From positions 101,930,001-101,994,000 of the forward strand of contig NC_045697.1 in NCBI RefSeq assembly GCF_009834535.1: DNA of 64,000 bases. Reading direction: 5' to 3'. A model generated the notes under the pieces. It was not told where the DNA came from and made no database searches. It saw only the letters and a list, made by a program, of their open reading frames with translations. Origin of the DNA: Camelus ferus (Eukaryota). Both the position numbers and the translations under genes were made by a program. Positions 1-45,322 of this stretch are shown here, in pieces (the first letter of the stretch is position 1; each line of letters opens with the position of its first letter).

Positions 1-270
1 CAAATCAATAATAAAGGGCAAGTAATTCAACAGAAAAAAATAGACAGAAGACTTAAATTAGCAACATATCCAAATTGTCCCCAACTTCAACAAATGAAGA
101 TCACATAATGATTTATTACACACTTATCAGAATGATTAAAATTAGAAAGATTGACAACATCAAGTATTGGCGAAAAAGTGGAGTTCCTGGAATTCTCATA
201 TAATGAATGAGCCTATAAGTTGGTCCAACCACTTCAAAAAACTGGTAGTTGCTAATGCTCAGCAGTACAT
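1..270 (+). mobile_element. Old LINE-1 fragment (ORF2 3' end)
   Basis: A-rich degenerate match to the L1 ORF2 terminal region (aagacttaa..., aaattagaaagattgacaacatcaagtattggcg). Confidence 0.55.
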
Positions 271-339
271 TTCTTAAAACCCAGGATATATTTAGGGTCG
301 CTTCAACAGGAGGTCCCAGCAGATTAGACATCAGGTATG

Positions 340-1200
340 ATTAACTGGATGGATTGTGAGTCATTTATGAGATGGGATGCACTTTAGGTCTGGGGACGAA
401 GTTCTGTATTGCCATGTTAAGTCTGAGTTAGAGTTCTAAACATTCTCATAGAAAAGACAAATAGGCTGTTGAATATGATAAAATTTCAGGGGAAGAGAAA
501 GGATCAAGATATATATTTGGAAGTCCTCACAATACAGATGTATATAAAGTCCTGGAAATGGATGAGAGCATCTAGGGAGAATGTGCAGTTAGAAAACTGG
601 TCACATAACTACGTCCCACATGTAGAGATCAAGCAAAGGACGAGGAGTCAGCAAAGGAGACTGAGAAAGAACAAGTAGTAAAGCAGGAAGGAAACCAGGA
701 GCGTGTGGTCTTACAAATGAAGAGTATTTCAGGAAAAAGGGAGTGGTCAATAGTGTGAAATCCTGCTGGGAGGTAAAGTAAGGTAAGCAGCCACAGAAAC
801 AGCCATTTGATTTGGCTCCATGAAAATCACCGATTAACACAAGCACTTTTGAGTGCAGTGCTGGAGACAGAGCATGATTAGGGTGGTCTAGATGGTGCAG
901 AAATAGAGACAACAGTGTAACGGCCCCTTTGAGAAGACGTTCTATGAAAAGATAAAAAAAAATATTAAGGAAGATATGACATAAAAAATGGGGGGGTTCT
1001 GTCTTTTCTTTTTTAAGAGTATTAGACACTAGCTCATGTTTACATACTGGTGGCAAAGATCTAGTAGAGAGTAGAGAAGGAAAAAAAAATCTGTGATACA
1101 GGGACAAGGAGGACTAACTGTAGGGGTGAACTCCTTGAAATGGCTACAGACGGAATTCGGAGCCCAAGAAGATTTTGGTAGAAGCAGGGATAGTTCATAT
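340..1200 (-). mobile_element. LINE-2 fragment
   Basis: Typical L2 antisense text, e.g. gtggtcaatagtgtgaaatcctgctgggaggtaaagtaagg, corresponding to the LDLSAAFD RT region on the - strand. Confidence 0.6.
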
Positions 1201-1219
1201 AGATATAAAACTATACAAA

Positions 1220-2460
1220 ATTTACTTCTGTGTCTCCTTTCGTCAGTTTTGAATTTCATAGTTTTCTAGAGATTTGTCCATTTCAAATGAAATTTTCAGA
1301 TTATTGGCAAAATATTCATAATATGCTTTTATTATCTTTTAAATGCCAGGTGGCTCTGTCGGGATGCTTTTTTTCCATCCCTGATATTTTATCATGCTTT
1401 CTCTTTTCTTAATTAGCCTTTCCAGGCATTTACCAATTGTCTTAGTTTTTTGGAGGGTTGGGTATAACTCAGTGGTAGAGAGTGAGCTTGGCATGTGAAA
1501 GGTCCCAGGTTCAATTTTTTTTTCTCAGTCTTTTCAAATAATGAACTTCTGGCATTGCTGGTATTTACTGTACATCTCTTTTCTCTTTCATTAATTTCTA
1601 TTACTTTCATAATATCCTTCCTTTTAGTTTGAATTTAATTTGTTGTTCTTTTTGTGATTTATATAAATAAATATTTAGATTATTGATTTTGGCTTTAGCT
1701 ATGTCCTACAATTTTGGAATGGCATATTTTTATGATCATTTCATTCAAAATACTTTCTAATTTCTGTTTTGATCTTTTCAGAATTATGTTGATTAATTTC
1801 CAAACATGAGAGATTTACAGTGATTTTTCAGTTACTGATTTCTAGCTCAACTCCCCTAAGGTCAGAGAAAATACTCTGATTTGGAGTATTCAAAATTTGT
1901 TAATGCTTTATGACTCAGCACATTCTCAACTTTGCCAAACATTCCATGAGTTCTTGAAAAGAATATGTATCTGCTGTTAGTAGGTGCAATTTTCTACATG
2001 TGTTAATTAGGTCAAGCTTATTAACACATCAATCTCATATCTATCCATACTGATATTTTTTAGCTGCTTGTACCAGTTGCTAAGAAAGGAGTATGAAATT
2101 TCCCACTTGATTGTAGATTTCTCTAGTTCTTCTTATAACTCTGTAAATTTTTGCTCTATGTATTTTTGGGCTTTGTCATTTGATGCATACGAACTTATAA
2201 CTTTTATGTTTTCCTGATAAACTGGCCCTTTTATTGTTACGAAGTGTCCCTTTTTACTCCGAGTGATGCTTCATTTATTGTAACTCTACTGGTTTTCTTC
2301 TGGTTAGTATTTGCAAGAACTGCCTTTTTCTATCTCTACTTTGAACCTTCGAGTATTCTTATATTTAAGGTGTGTCCCTTGTAAGTGGCATATAGACTAG
2401 CTTTGTTGTTTTGTCCAGTCTGACGATCTTTTTCTCTAATTGGAATATTTAGTCCCTTTC
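1220..2460 (-). mobile_element. Old LINE-1 fragment, antisense, interrupted by a SINE
   Basis: T-rich degenerate L1 text (cttgaaaagaatatgtatctgctgtt, ttaaggtgtgtcccttgtaagtggcatatag). Confidence 0.6.
1452..1514 (+). mobile_element. tRNA-Ala-derived SINE (Vic-1-like), 3' truncated
   Basis: gggtataactcagtggtagag...ggtcccaggttcaat, with Pol III A and B boxes. Confidence 0.7.
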
Positions 2461-3986
2461 TTGATACCTGCCTAGGAGCCGACCTGACATGCCCCTGGAG
2501 ATGTGCTGGGCTTTGAGAATCACTCTTCTGAGCCTGTATCTTCCCTCTTCCCATTCCCAAGCTGGAATTTTTCCCTAATCAAAGAGCTGGGAACACAGCT
2601 TCTGTTTCACGGGTTCTTTCTAATTACATGGTGTGGAGCTGGGGCCTGGGCCCTGCAGTCTGCTTACAGCTCTGCTTCCCAGGATGGCGGCATAAATTTG
2701 CTCCAGAGACCCATTCCTCTGCCAGGTTCCTGGTAACAGAGGCCCTAATACCTTGCTGCGGAACTGAAAAGAGGTTTTCCTCTTTAATACTAGTCATTTA
2801 ACATCCTCCCAGACTTTCACAGGAGAAGTGGCATGGGAAAGTCCCACATTCCAACGCCCCTTTCTTCCCATATGTAAAACCGCAGAAGCCACAGACACAG
2901 GGCAAGCTCACCACCTAATATAAGCCATTATTATTTTTCTTATCTCCTCCAAGACTTGAAAAATTGGTGGTTCCCAGGCATGTGCTTGGCTACTACTAAT
3001 CTTAGCATAGGAAAGTAATCCTTATTTAAGCAAAATCATGTATGAAATAGAAAGCACAGAGTTTAATATTTTGATACACTGATGCCTTAATAAAACTTTA
3101 TTTCAGTATACTTAAGAACTCTGGCTCACTGTGGGAATGGATGAAAGTATTAATTGTGAATATACACTTTAGCCACAATTTACCTTTTTCTAGACAGGTA
3201 ACATGTACACATTTACGTTGAGAGCAGAAATTTTAAGAAGAAACTGATTTTTGGACACTTGGGAAGTACCAATTTTGTGTCTTGGTGATATCCTTTTGTT
3301 TTTCATTGAAGGGCACCTGGTCCACGTAGAAAACCATTTTGAGTCTCTGTCTCTAACTTTTTTCCCCTTGATCTCAATTAGTTTCAAAACAAAATCACAT
3401 TCTCAAGCCCAGAATTATACACAGGAGAAAAATTAAACAGTGTATTATTGGATTTGGTTTAGTGGTGTGTAGCAGGGGCTTGAAATAACAGTGGCTTGCA
3501 GAAAATAGAAGTTCATTCCTCCCTCATGTAAATTGCACTCATCCTTCATTTACGTGGCCACACCGGCAGCAAGGGAGGATGGGAAATACCATATTTACTC
3601 AGCATGGTCTTGTGTCCAGCTAAGCATGAAAGCACTTAGAGAATGGTTGTTAAAGAACAATTCTTAGTCTGTCATAATCTCACATTTTAAAATAGACTTT
3701 CTCAGGTAAGAATAATATAAGAACTAATGGGGGTACTAAACTTTGGGGTTTTCTTAGAATTAACCCTCTTTCACAATTGTATTTATATACGTGTGTATGT
3801 ATATCCTGTGTGTACTGCTCATTTAACTATTGCTGCATTCACCCTCCTTGCATGCATATATTGTGAGCTAACCTAAATAGCATTTTATTAGCGTTATCCT
3901 TATAGAAGCAAACAATTATTAGCAGAACTAAGATAAACTGGGTGACTTCATTCTCCTCTTGAGAAATTGAATATACAACCTGATCA

Positions 3987-4356
3987 TGTGTGACAGTGGG
4001 ACTCTGACCCACAACCTCTGTAGCAACCAGCCTGGGACGCTAAACCACAACCTCTATGGCAGTCTGCCCAGAACGGGCAGGAGTTCGTCAATGACTACCA
4101 ACTTCTCTATTTTTTGCCTCCAATTCAGGACCAACCAGAGAAAGCCAAAGGTGCTCCTCAAACCAATCCTATATAAAAGAGGGCCTGCTTCTAGTTAGTC
4201 TACCTCTAGTTCTTCCACCCAGCACTCTCTAATCAGAGCATACCACTTCCCAGTTTGCCTAGAGCAAGTGATGGCGGCCAACTCCCTCAGTACAGTAAGC
4301 TCTGAATAAACAGCCTCTGTTTGCTCTCATTTGGGTGGTCTTCATTTATTTCCACG
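3987..4356 (+). mobile_element. Solo ERV-type LTR
   Basis: TG start, CCAAT at 4163-4167, TATATAAA at 4170-4177, AATAAA at 4305-4310, internal ccacaacctct repeat. Confidence 0.6.
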
Positions 4357-4384
4357 CTGATAATAAGCTATCAGCCTTGAACTA

Positions 4385-4620
4385 CAGGTTTCATCTTTGA
4401 TTCTTGTGCAATTTGGTCTGATGAATCTGCCGTATCACACATTGGCTGCACAGTGCTGGGCAGACTACCTCTGTGTCTGCGTCTCTTTCTGCAAAAAGGG
4501 GGACAATTATTACCCATTTCACAAGAGATAATGTGAGGGCCAAATATGTTAACACATGTAAAACACCTGGGCCAGTATTTGGCCCAATATATGGAACTGA
4601 CAAATAAACGTTAATCATCA
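4385..4620. mobile_element. MIR SINE
   Basis: MIR core-like text (ctgggcagactacctctg...tctctttctgcaaaaagggggacaattattaccc...gtgagggccaaat...atgtaaaacacctgg). Confidence 0.55.
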
Positions 4621-4865
4621 CCAAAGTCCAAGTTTTCTTTTATTTAAATTTTATTTTATACCCAGTACCTGGGATCTTTGTAAGTCCAAACTAAGGGTTC
4701 AATAATAAGTTTATGTTTTATTTTCCACCTTGAAGATTGTGTAGTGTGTGTATACATATGTGTGTGTTTAAAATCATTTGAAATTAGTGAATTTAAATTA
4801 CAAGACAGATTTATTAAATGTACATCTTTCTCTTTCCAAAACATGTCATATATGTTTGTGGCAAT

Positions 4866-5402
4866 TGTAGGGAAGAAAAAAAATTTTTTTCCTTCTACCT
4901 TCCTAGGTTCTCTGGCTAGGGCCCTGTAAAATTAGACTGACAAAAGATTAGCAAGAGAAAACCAAATAATTTATTAACGTGTAGCACACATAATGGAGGA
5001 GAGACCTTAGTGAAGAGTAATTCAAAGCGGTGGTTAGAATTTGGGCTTCTATAGCATCTTAACAGAAGAACAATACATTTGTAGAAAAGCAACAAGAGAA
5101 AGGCAAAGGTTTTAGGCTTTCAAGGGCTGCAGGCTGTGGGAAGGTAAATAAATGGGGGAAACGAACGGAGTAATGTTTGTGCAGGTCCACCAGAGTGCTG
5201 ACTTTCTGTCTTCCTCATAGCTGTGAACACTCCATGGGAGAGGGGATGGCACTCCTCAGATTTCAGAGTTTCTGTTTTTAATCAAATCAGAGACGCTCCA
5301 GGAAGGCTTCTTTCTGCATCTGTTGATTCTCATTTGCCTCCAGTTCAAAATAATACCCACCAAAGTAGTATATTTTGGAGTGGCATATTCCAGTCTCCAC
5401 CA
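4866..5402 (-). mobile_element. Solo ERV1-type LTR
   Basis: TG...CA ends (tgtagggaag...ctccacca), minus-strand AATAAA (tttatt at 4970-4975), characteristic ggagtggcatattc terminus. Confidence 0.6.
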
Positions 5403-5436
5403 TGAAACTGATGCTCAGACACTCAGCTCTACGTAT

Positions 5437-5892
5437 TGTCAGGTTCCTGTAGCCTCAGCTGCTGTCCCTCTGGACCCACCTCTCCAGCTGCCCCTCACCA
5501 TCCCACCTTTATTACCCACCTGTCTCCAAAAAGTCAAAAACAACTCACCCCGTGTTCTGCTTGGGACACACTTCTAGGCTGTCCCAGCAGGCAGTGGTAC
5601 CAGGACAGGAATGTTCCCATGGGACATGGCACTCATCTAACAGGAGGCTATGGCTTGAGGGCTCCTTTTCAGCCTGGCTACAATTTCCTTAGAGCTGTGC
5701 TGAGAGCTGAAATTTTCCCTCTGCAGCCCCCATCTTTCCCCTTTTTACCTGTGTTAGCCCTGCATCTCTGAAAGTACTCCCTGCCTGCTCTGGCTGGCTT
5801 CCTTGCTTTATTCTTAATAGGCATTTCCCCTAAATGTGTCTCTTGCAGTCTGATCCCGTCTTGGTGTTTTCTTCTGTGAGGACATGAACACA
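5437..5892 (+). mobile_element. Old ERVL-type LTR
   Basis: 3' end ggcatttcccctaaatgtgtctcttgcagtctgatcccgtcttggtgttttcttctgtgaggac resembles the U5 of ERVL-class LTRs. Confidence 0.5.
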
Positions 5893-7739
5893 ATGTGTAA
5901 ATAAAATGCAAACCAGCTGGAAGATACAATTACAATCACAATTTCCACCTTAAAGTTCTGAGTGGGACTCAAAGTTGCATAAGAATTACCAGTTTCATAA
6001 AGGAAATGACAGTGTCGTGAAAAACAACTACTTCATGGAGAATTTAACTATAACTTTCTGTGAAAATAACTACTTCATGGAGAGTTTAACTGTAAGTCTA
6101 GAATTAAAATTTAGTCTTTTTCCAAATATCATGGTTCATCAATTCAAAGTACTGAAAGAATTGTAGAAGAAAAAAATTCAATGGTAAAAGAATTAAGATT
6201 TTTAAGGAGCAACAAAAATGACAAGCAGGAATGACTTACAAAGGTTACAAAGTCTTACAAAGTTCTCATTGTCCAGGTTCCTGTGTTTTAATTCATGGGT
6301 TCCCTTACAAAATAGTAAGTAAGTGGAAGCCTTCTTTGACTTCCAGTCCTTCGCTTTTATGTCTGAATGTGAGACTTAGAAAATCTCCACTTCCTTCCAC
6401 TAGCTAGATCTGAAGTGGCCCATCTTCCTAGGACAAACACAAAAGTTGTGCTATTTTAAGAATGCAACTCAGTAGGTCTCCTGACCAGTAGCAGAGTCAC
6501 AGGATATCCCCCCTTACGTGCCCTCTGGGGCATTTAATCTAGACAGAAGATAAATTCAACACTTGGCGAGGAGCGTCTATCTGGAGAGAAGCCAAAAACT
6601 GAAAAGAATTTTTTTAGAATTTATAAGATTCTAAGTTCCTATCTTCTTTCATGATGAGTTATTATAGAAAAATAACTGCATACCTTAAAAAGTAAGAGTC
6701 TAATTTTCAAATGGGTGAAATTAACCTCCAGCTCTCACAAAAATATACTTCAAGTACAATTTAGCTGAATGTATTTCCAATGCCACTGAGCTTAGACTTG
6801 ACACCTTTGATGAAATTTAAAGTATGATTGAAAATTAAAAGGATTGTGGTGCTTGAATGGGAACATTTATAGATTTTTCTATAAAAAGTTTTATTTTCTG
6901 TTGCAATAAATAGACTGTAGACATTTGTGCTAGAGATGCCAGTCAATGTTTTGCATCCACCACTCTCATCCTGGCTCTTGCTCAAAAGGTAGACCTAGGT
7001 TACTGTTCTCATAACTAGTGGCCCCGACTTACCAGTGTTAAGTATAATGCCAGCCTATGTTTTATTCTAGTTGGGAATGTTCTTCCTAAATGTATACTGG
7101 CTTATTGATCAAATAAGCTAGTATAAACTCCATTTAATTTTTAAGATTGTAAAACTTTGTGATTAACCAAATTGAGTTATTATTCTGATTTCCAATAGTA
7201 GTTACATTTTATAGTTTGTTAGATTGAAGACTATATTTAGGTAACTTAAAACCTAAGACTTATATTAATTCTCAGGTATTTATCAGATGCCTAAATCATT
7301 TCCAAGATATGACAATGAAACATTGGTTACTAAGCGTAATTTTCAGTTTATATGCTTTTGTTTTATATTTTAAATGCAAAAAAGAGGCTATTTCTTTGGA
7401 TCTGTTAATGAATGTGCTTATTTTTGCCACTTTGAGAAGCCTTATAAAGGATGTGGATGGCTGTAGAATGTTGTGTTACATGTATTCATAAGCTTTGCTT
7501 GTCTGCTAAAAAGTCAATGTATATCATAAAATTCACAATTATTTACCCTATAGTTTTTTTGTGAAATAAAGGCTATTTTGGTTAAAAGTTACTATTAATA
7601 TGAATGATTATGACCATATATTTTGGAGCAATAGTTTCAGAGATACAACTACTCTGCACATGCTTTTGTTTTTCAAGGAAAATAGTTTTTTCCTAAATCA
7701 GCCATTCTCAGGGTTTTTGATCTACAAACTCCTCTGCAC

Positions 7740-8210
7740 CACATAACCACCAGCAATGTGTGGGTGATTCGTTTTCTCTGTATCTTCACAGGCATTCAGT
7801 GTTGTCATTATTTTTTATTTAAGCCATTCTGTTAGGTATGAAATGATATCTCATTATAGTTTTAACCTGCATTTCTCTAAGGACTAATGCTTTTGAACAT
7901 CTTTTGATGTGCTAATTTGCCTTCTGTATAACTTCTTCAGTGAAATGTCTCTTCATTTTTTTGTATGTATATATTTTTAATTGAAGTACAGCCAGTTTAC
8001 AATGTTGTGTCATTTTCTGGTGTACAGCATAATGCTTCAGCCATACATGAACATGCATATATTTGTTTTCATATTGTCACCATAAGTTACTACAAGATAT
8101 TAAATATAGTTCCCTGTGCTATACAGTATAAACTTGTTGTTTATCCATTTTATATATAGTATCTGCAAATTTCGAACTCCCAGTTTAGCCTTTCACACTC
8201 TCTTCCCCCA
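7740..8210 (-). mobile_element. LINE-1 fragments, antisense (older piece 7740-7955; younger 3' end about 7956-8210)
   Basis: ttgaagtacagccagtttacaatgttgtgtc...tggtgtacagcat is the reverse complement of the L1 3' end at 55270-55320. Confidence 0.75.
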
Positions 8211-11200
8211 TTCAAGGCCAGAATGTTGAGAGAGTCCTGTCTCTGGTATCTTTTGTCCTCTGGCAGCGTCTCTTTGTCCACTCTATTCAGCATAGCACTG
8301 TACTGTTCTAGCACACTAAATCCAACAGAGAGAATGTTAGGTATAAACAATATGTACTGGCATATTTGAGACCTAACACTAACGTGGTTTTACATTGTAG
8401 CGTTCTGTATCTGGGAACATGGTTAAAGTGGTAATTCCTTCCAGTGTGTTCTTGACACTGTTCCCCTTATCCTCCTCCTTATTAAAAAGCCATTAGATTG
8501 CCCTTTCTCCAATGAGGCTCTGACCCTTAGGTTCATGTTCTTCAGGATTAGAATACCTAACACTTGAACGCAGTGCTCACTATATGTTAGGCACTTGTAT
8601 TAAACACCCTACATGTGCTATCTCATTTAATTCTTATGACATCATTATAAGAATATTATCCAAATATAAAATTGGGATAATAACAGAAAGATGAGAAAAC
8701 TGATTTCAAAGAAGTTAGATAACTTGCCTGCATTCACACAATTATTAAGTTCTTGAGCCTGCACTAGGCTTGCCTGACTGTCCAGCTTACTCTCTTACCG
8801 CTACATTAATCCTATATTATGCCATCAATTCCAGAACTAGCTGTTAGTTGTAGCCTGTTAGTATTTGAAGAATAGGCCTTTGTCATTTGGCCATCATATA
8901 AGCACTGCTCTCTGCCTAACTCAGCTAATGTCCCCACAGCTCAGTTTCCAGGCATCCTGTCTTTTCTGTAGCTTGTCTGTCCTCTTCCTCTCCGCTTCTA
9001 GATCTTGCTCAAAATCTGTTTCTCTGTCCCTGTTGTTAGATTAGTGGATTCAGACATTCTGTTTCCTTTCCCTCCTTTCCTCTAAAATTTTCCCTACAAG
9101 ATTCTCATACAGCTTTCATATGCTCATAAGACAGACTCACTCACAGTGTAAGTGCATATGTTAAAAAAGACAGTTGCCATTTTGGAGGCAATTTTATTTA
9201 TTGTTTTTCTTGCTACTTATTGTTTTCTTTAAACTATTATCAGACTTAAGATTCATCCATTTATATATTCAGTATATTTTTAGGGTTTCCAAACCAGAAC
9301 CCAAGTTATTTACCTATCATTATAGAGTGAAGAAATGTTCTGAATATTACATAAATGTTATATTTTTTCTACTTAACAATGTCAATATTGAATAAATATT
9401 TATTAATAAGTATTTACTGAGTGTCTATATGTCAGCAACCACCCTAGATAGTACCTTTTATCCTTCCACACAAGCTTTTTCGGGGACATAATTTTTTTAA
9501 CATTGTTTTCTCAATATGATAATACCCAGGTTCATTTTAGAAAAATAAAAAAGTACAAACAAAAAAGAATTAAGAAATATACACCAACAACAATCACTTT
9601 CAATACTTTCAGGACTATCTTTCCAAAGTTTTATCTGTATTTTTGAACTGTTAAAAATTTTTTTCAGTTAACACTATATAATAAACATTATTCTACATTA
9701 ATGGTTGTTAAAGGTCGATGAATTCTTTTTTTGGGTGTACGATAGTTTTAAAATCATATTTTCAATGTTGGACTCTTAATCTGTTGCTAGTTTTTTGTAA
9801 TTACACGTGAAGAACATGATGAACATCCTTTAGGTACTTTTCATGTATCCATAGGCGGTTCCTTGTAGCCTCAGAAATAGTATTTCTAATGGGTTAGGGG
9901 TCATTTTTCCAGCTCTCAAAGAATTATTACTCAATTGGTTAAAAGTCTGCGGGCTATGTATTCAAAGGCGATCCCTTCTGTTTGAAATTCAGCAAAATCC
10001 AGAGTTTGCACAAACCTTAACTCTTGCGAAGTGTCGCCTTTATTCAGTACATATTGATAGAAAGCTGGACATGGGGATACAAATATGAATAAAAGCCTGT
10101 GCAGGGCAGATAGCAATTTACTGCGGTAGGCAGATTTGATATCGAATAGAACACAATGTGCTTAAACTCAGTAGTAGATGATGCACGAGACCCTCAGGCT
10201 GTGTTGAAGAGAGCGTAAGGAAGTGTACAAACCAGTAGTGATTACCTGTAACATTTCTTACCGATAAAAGAATAATGTACAATTTTAAATTTATTTATTT
10301 GGTGGTTGAGGAAAAGATAACACATCGCCTCTCTTTCTTATCTATTAATTGCTCATGTTTCTCACTTACACGGTGTTGGGAACTGTTTGCTTACTTTCAG
10401 CATGTAAATTCAGAGGAAATATCATGTAATTCTGAACCGAAGAGAAAACATTTAGAAATGATTGATGTAACTAACATGCGATGTTGACAAAAAAAAATCA
10501 CACTAACGGGCACTTTTCCTTAGACAACAAAACAGGGAGACGTCAACACCGTGGCGTCACGCCTATCAGCGGAGGCGGTAAAAGTGTTAAGGCCTGCACA
10601 GGCCTCCATGCTGCAGTAGGCGGCGCAAAACCCGGGCAAGTTTCTAAGGAACGCCGCCGATCGCTGCCATGCCAATAAGACGCGGCGGTCGAGGACTGCA
10701 AGCCGTTAAGAACGCCTGGAGCACGGCTCTCGCATCACGCCCGGGAGCCGACGCACAAGCCTACGTCTAAGAGTTCTCCCTCGAGGCCCCGCCCACTCCT
10801 CCCCCTAAAGCCCGCTGGGGACCTCGGAGGGGGCGTGGCCAAGGGCAGTGAGAGGGGAATGCGCATGCGCACTTGGTACCCAGTCATTTGGCCAACTATC
10901 AATCTCGCGAGTGTTGAAAGTCGGTGGCGTAGGTAGTAGACCTGGATGCGGGCGAGATAGATGATATCTGCCAGAGGAAGAAGGCGAGGCCGCGAAGCCA
11001 GTTCCCAGACTCGGCCCCTTCTTCGCTTTCCTTTCGTTTCCCCCTAACCCTCCGCCCTCCTGTAAATCAGCCCGCCTTCCCTGACCTCTGTGACCCGGGT
11101 GGCCCCGCCCACTCTCGTCGACGTGATTCCCGCCGTGAGGTAAAGCGCTGGTCGAACCCGGAGCCCGGTGGAAGAGGGGGCCGAGGACGAGAGGGGGAGG

Positions 11201-11368
11201 CTGCTGGGCCTGGCTCCGGCTCGTCGCCGAGCGGCGGCGCAGGGGGCATTCGGGTGGTCCTCTCGCTCCTCCATCTGCTCATTGCGACGTAGCCACCCAG
11301 GCCTAGGCTTCCTCCTCACCCCTGCCGGCCCGGCCTCTGGCAGCAGCGGGTGACGCAGACGGAACATC

Positions 11369-43700
<32,332 letters not shown>

Positions 43701-43750
43701 ATATGTATTTGTTTCATAATCACTAACTTTAAACCAGTAGTTCTTTAATT

Positions 43751-43757
43751 TACGGGT
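43751..43757 (+). promoter_or_regulatory. miR-99/miR-100 family 7mer-m8 seed match in the SMARCA5 3' UTR
   Basis: TACGGGT is the reverse complement of miR-99/100 nt 2-8 (ACCCGUA); it lies 51 nt after the stop codon in AU-rich context. Confidence 0.8.
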
Positions 43758-43907
43758 CTTCATGAGATGTACTGTACAATGCTCAATTGTCATGTCATTC
43801 AGAGACAGCAGGTCCATCTGTTTACCGAGCTAGAAACATAGTATGTAGTTTCACTTTTTTAAATGCAACAGCTGTGCTGAAATTTTTTTATCATTAACAC
43901 TTGAAGT

Positions 43908-43935
43908 AATAAAATAGGCTTCATTTATTAATAAA
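43908..43935 (+). terminator. Proximal poly(A) signal pair of SMARCA5
   Basis: AATAAA at 43908-43913 and 43930-43935, followed by T/GT-rich sequence. Confidence 0.65.
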
Positions 43936-44857
43936 TGTTTCATTTGATTTATTTTTCTATTATAGTTCCATTTGTGAAGATTGTGACCTTTTGTTTATCA
44001 GCTATAATTTCTACACTTGTAGGCTTGAAAAGAAGCAAACAAGTTAAAAAAATTGCAAATAACATTTGTCCCTTCAGTCGTCACTTAGCTGTGTAATTGT
44101 TTTAATTCACTTTGCCTTTGCAGAAGTTTGGGTATCTTTGTAGTGCTATTGAGTCTCACCTGGGAAGATTGTGTGCATTGCATTCTCCTTGCTTATTATA
44201 TGGGTAGAATGGGAAAAAGGCAAGACAAACTCTCATTAAATTCTATGCATATTTCTGTTTTGCTTTCTGTTTCTGTAGTTGGTTCTGAGGTGAATATGCC
44301 CTATTCTCTTTGGAAGAATGGCCTGTTAGTTGTATAGCCAAAGACACTTAGTATTTTCTGGTTCCTTAAGGTGTTGTTGTACCATTTTGTAAAAGGAATA
44401 TTATTATTATTTTTTAATTGTTTGGTAAATATTTTAACGACTTACCTTCTTGAAGCAGCCACAACTTAGAAAGATAATGTTAAAACTAAGGTGATTTTCT
44501 TTTTTAAAAAAAGACCCAGCCAAAATAAGGTGTGAATTTGTCATACTGTTAAATTGAGATTGGTAACAAAATGTATTCCCTCCGTTTACCTTTTTTGGGT
44601 TTCAGAGTAATTGAAAATTTTATTTTATTATATTTAAAATAATTTCTAAGTGTGAGCAGCAAGACTGACTATAATTCCAGTTTTTATTTTCTATGGACAG
44701 ACTTGATAAACTGGAGACCCTGAAGCAGGATTACCCAAATTGTAGTGTCAGGATTTTAGCTGTACCAGAGGCCTTTATGTGCTACACATAATTTGTATAA
44801 AGTTTTATATGTGCAAATTGGGTACATAAACAGTTCTCCATTTTTCTAAGGGAATGC

Positions 44858-44881
44858 AATAAATGTAGCATCGTGAATAAA
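44858..44881 (+). terminator. Distal poly(A) signal pair of SMARCA5
   Basis: AATAAA at 44858-44863 and 44876-44881, followed by a long T-rich tract at about 44905-44990. Confidence 0.7.
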
Positions 44882-45119
44882 TATAACTTTTATAATCCTT
44901 AAGTGGTCTTTTCTTCCCATTTCTTTAATTTTCTCTCTTAATTTTTATTCCCTTTTTTCCTTAGGATGTTTATCTTTTTCCCTTTCCTAATTAGATTTCT
45001 TCCTCCAAAACTTCCCAGCTGCTTTCCTCTGCCCACACCTGGTTGGGATTTTTATTTATAACGCTGATTTCTGTAGTGGTTCTGATGCTGCTTGCTTTTA
45101 AAAAGTGGGGTTGCTGCCC

Positions 45120-45322
45120 TGTGTCAAGCAGAATACAGTGCTTATGGCAGTAGGTGGAGTAGCCTTTGCTTTGTGCTTCTCCCAAATTGACTCCTTTATA
45201 ACTTTGGATTCTTAAAATAACAATTATGGATCCTAATGAATGCAAAATTTGAAGAATGGTTACTTTGTCCATGGTGCCTTATTGTGGAAGAAATAATTGG
45301 GAAACTAAGGACTGAAGAAAAC
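45120..45322 (-). pseudogene. Possible remnant of the terminal FREM2-like exon
   Basis: Acceptor ctctgtag|gtt at 45322; in-order patches LHSLGS, NLGEAQSKG and HCILLD resemble FREM2 YHSLVS, EIGAENSRG and HIALD. Confidence 0.3.
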
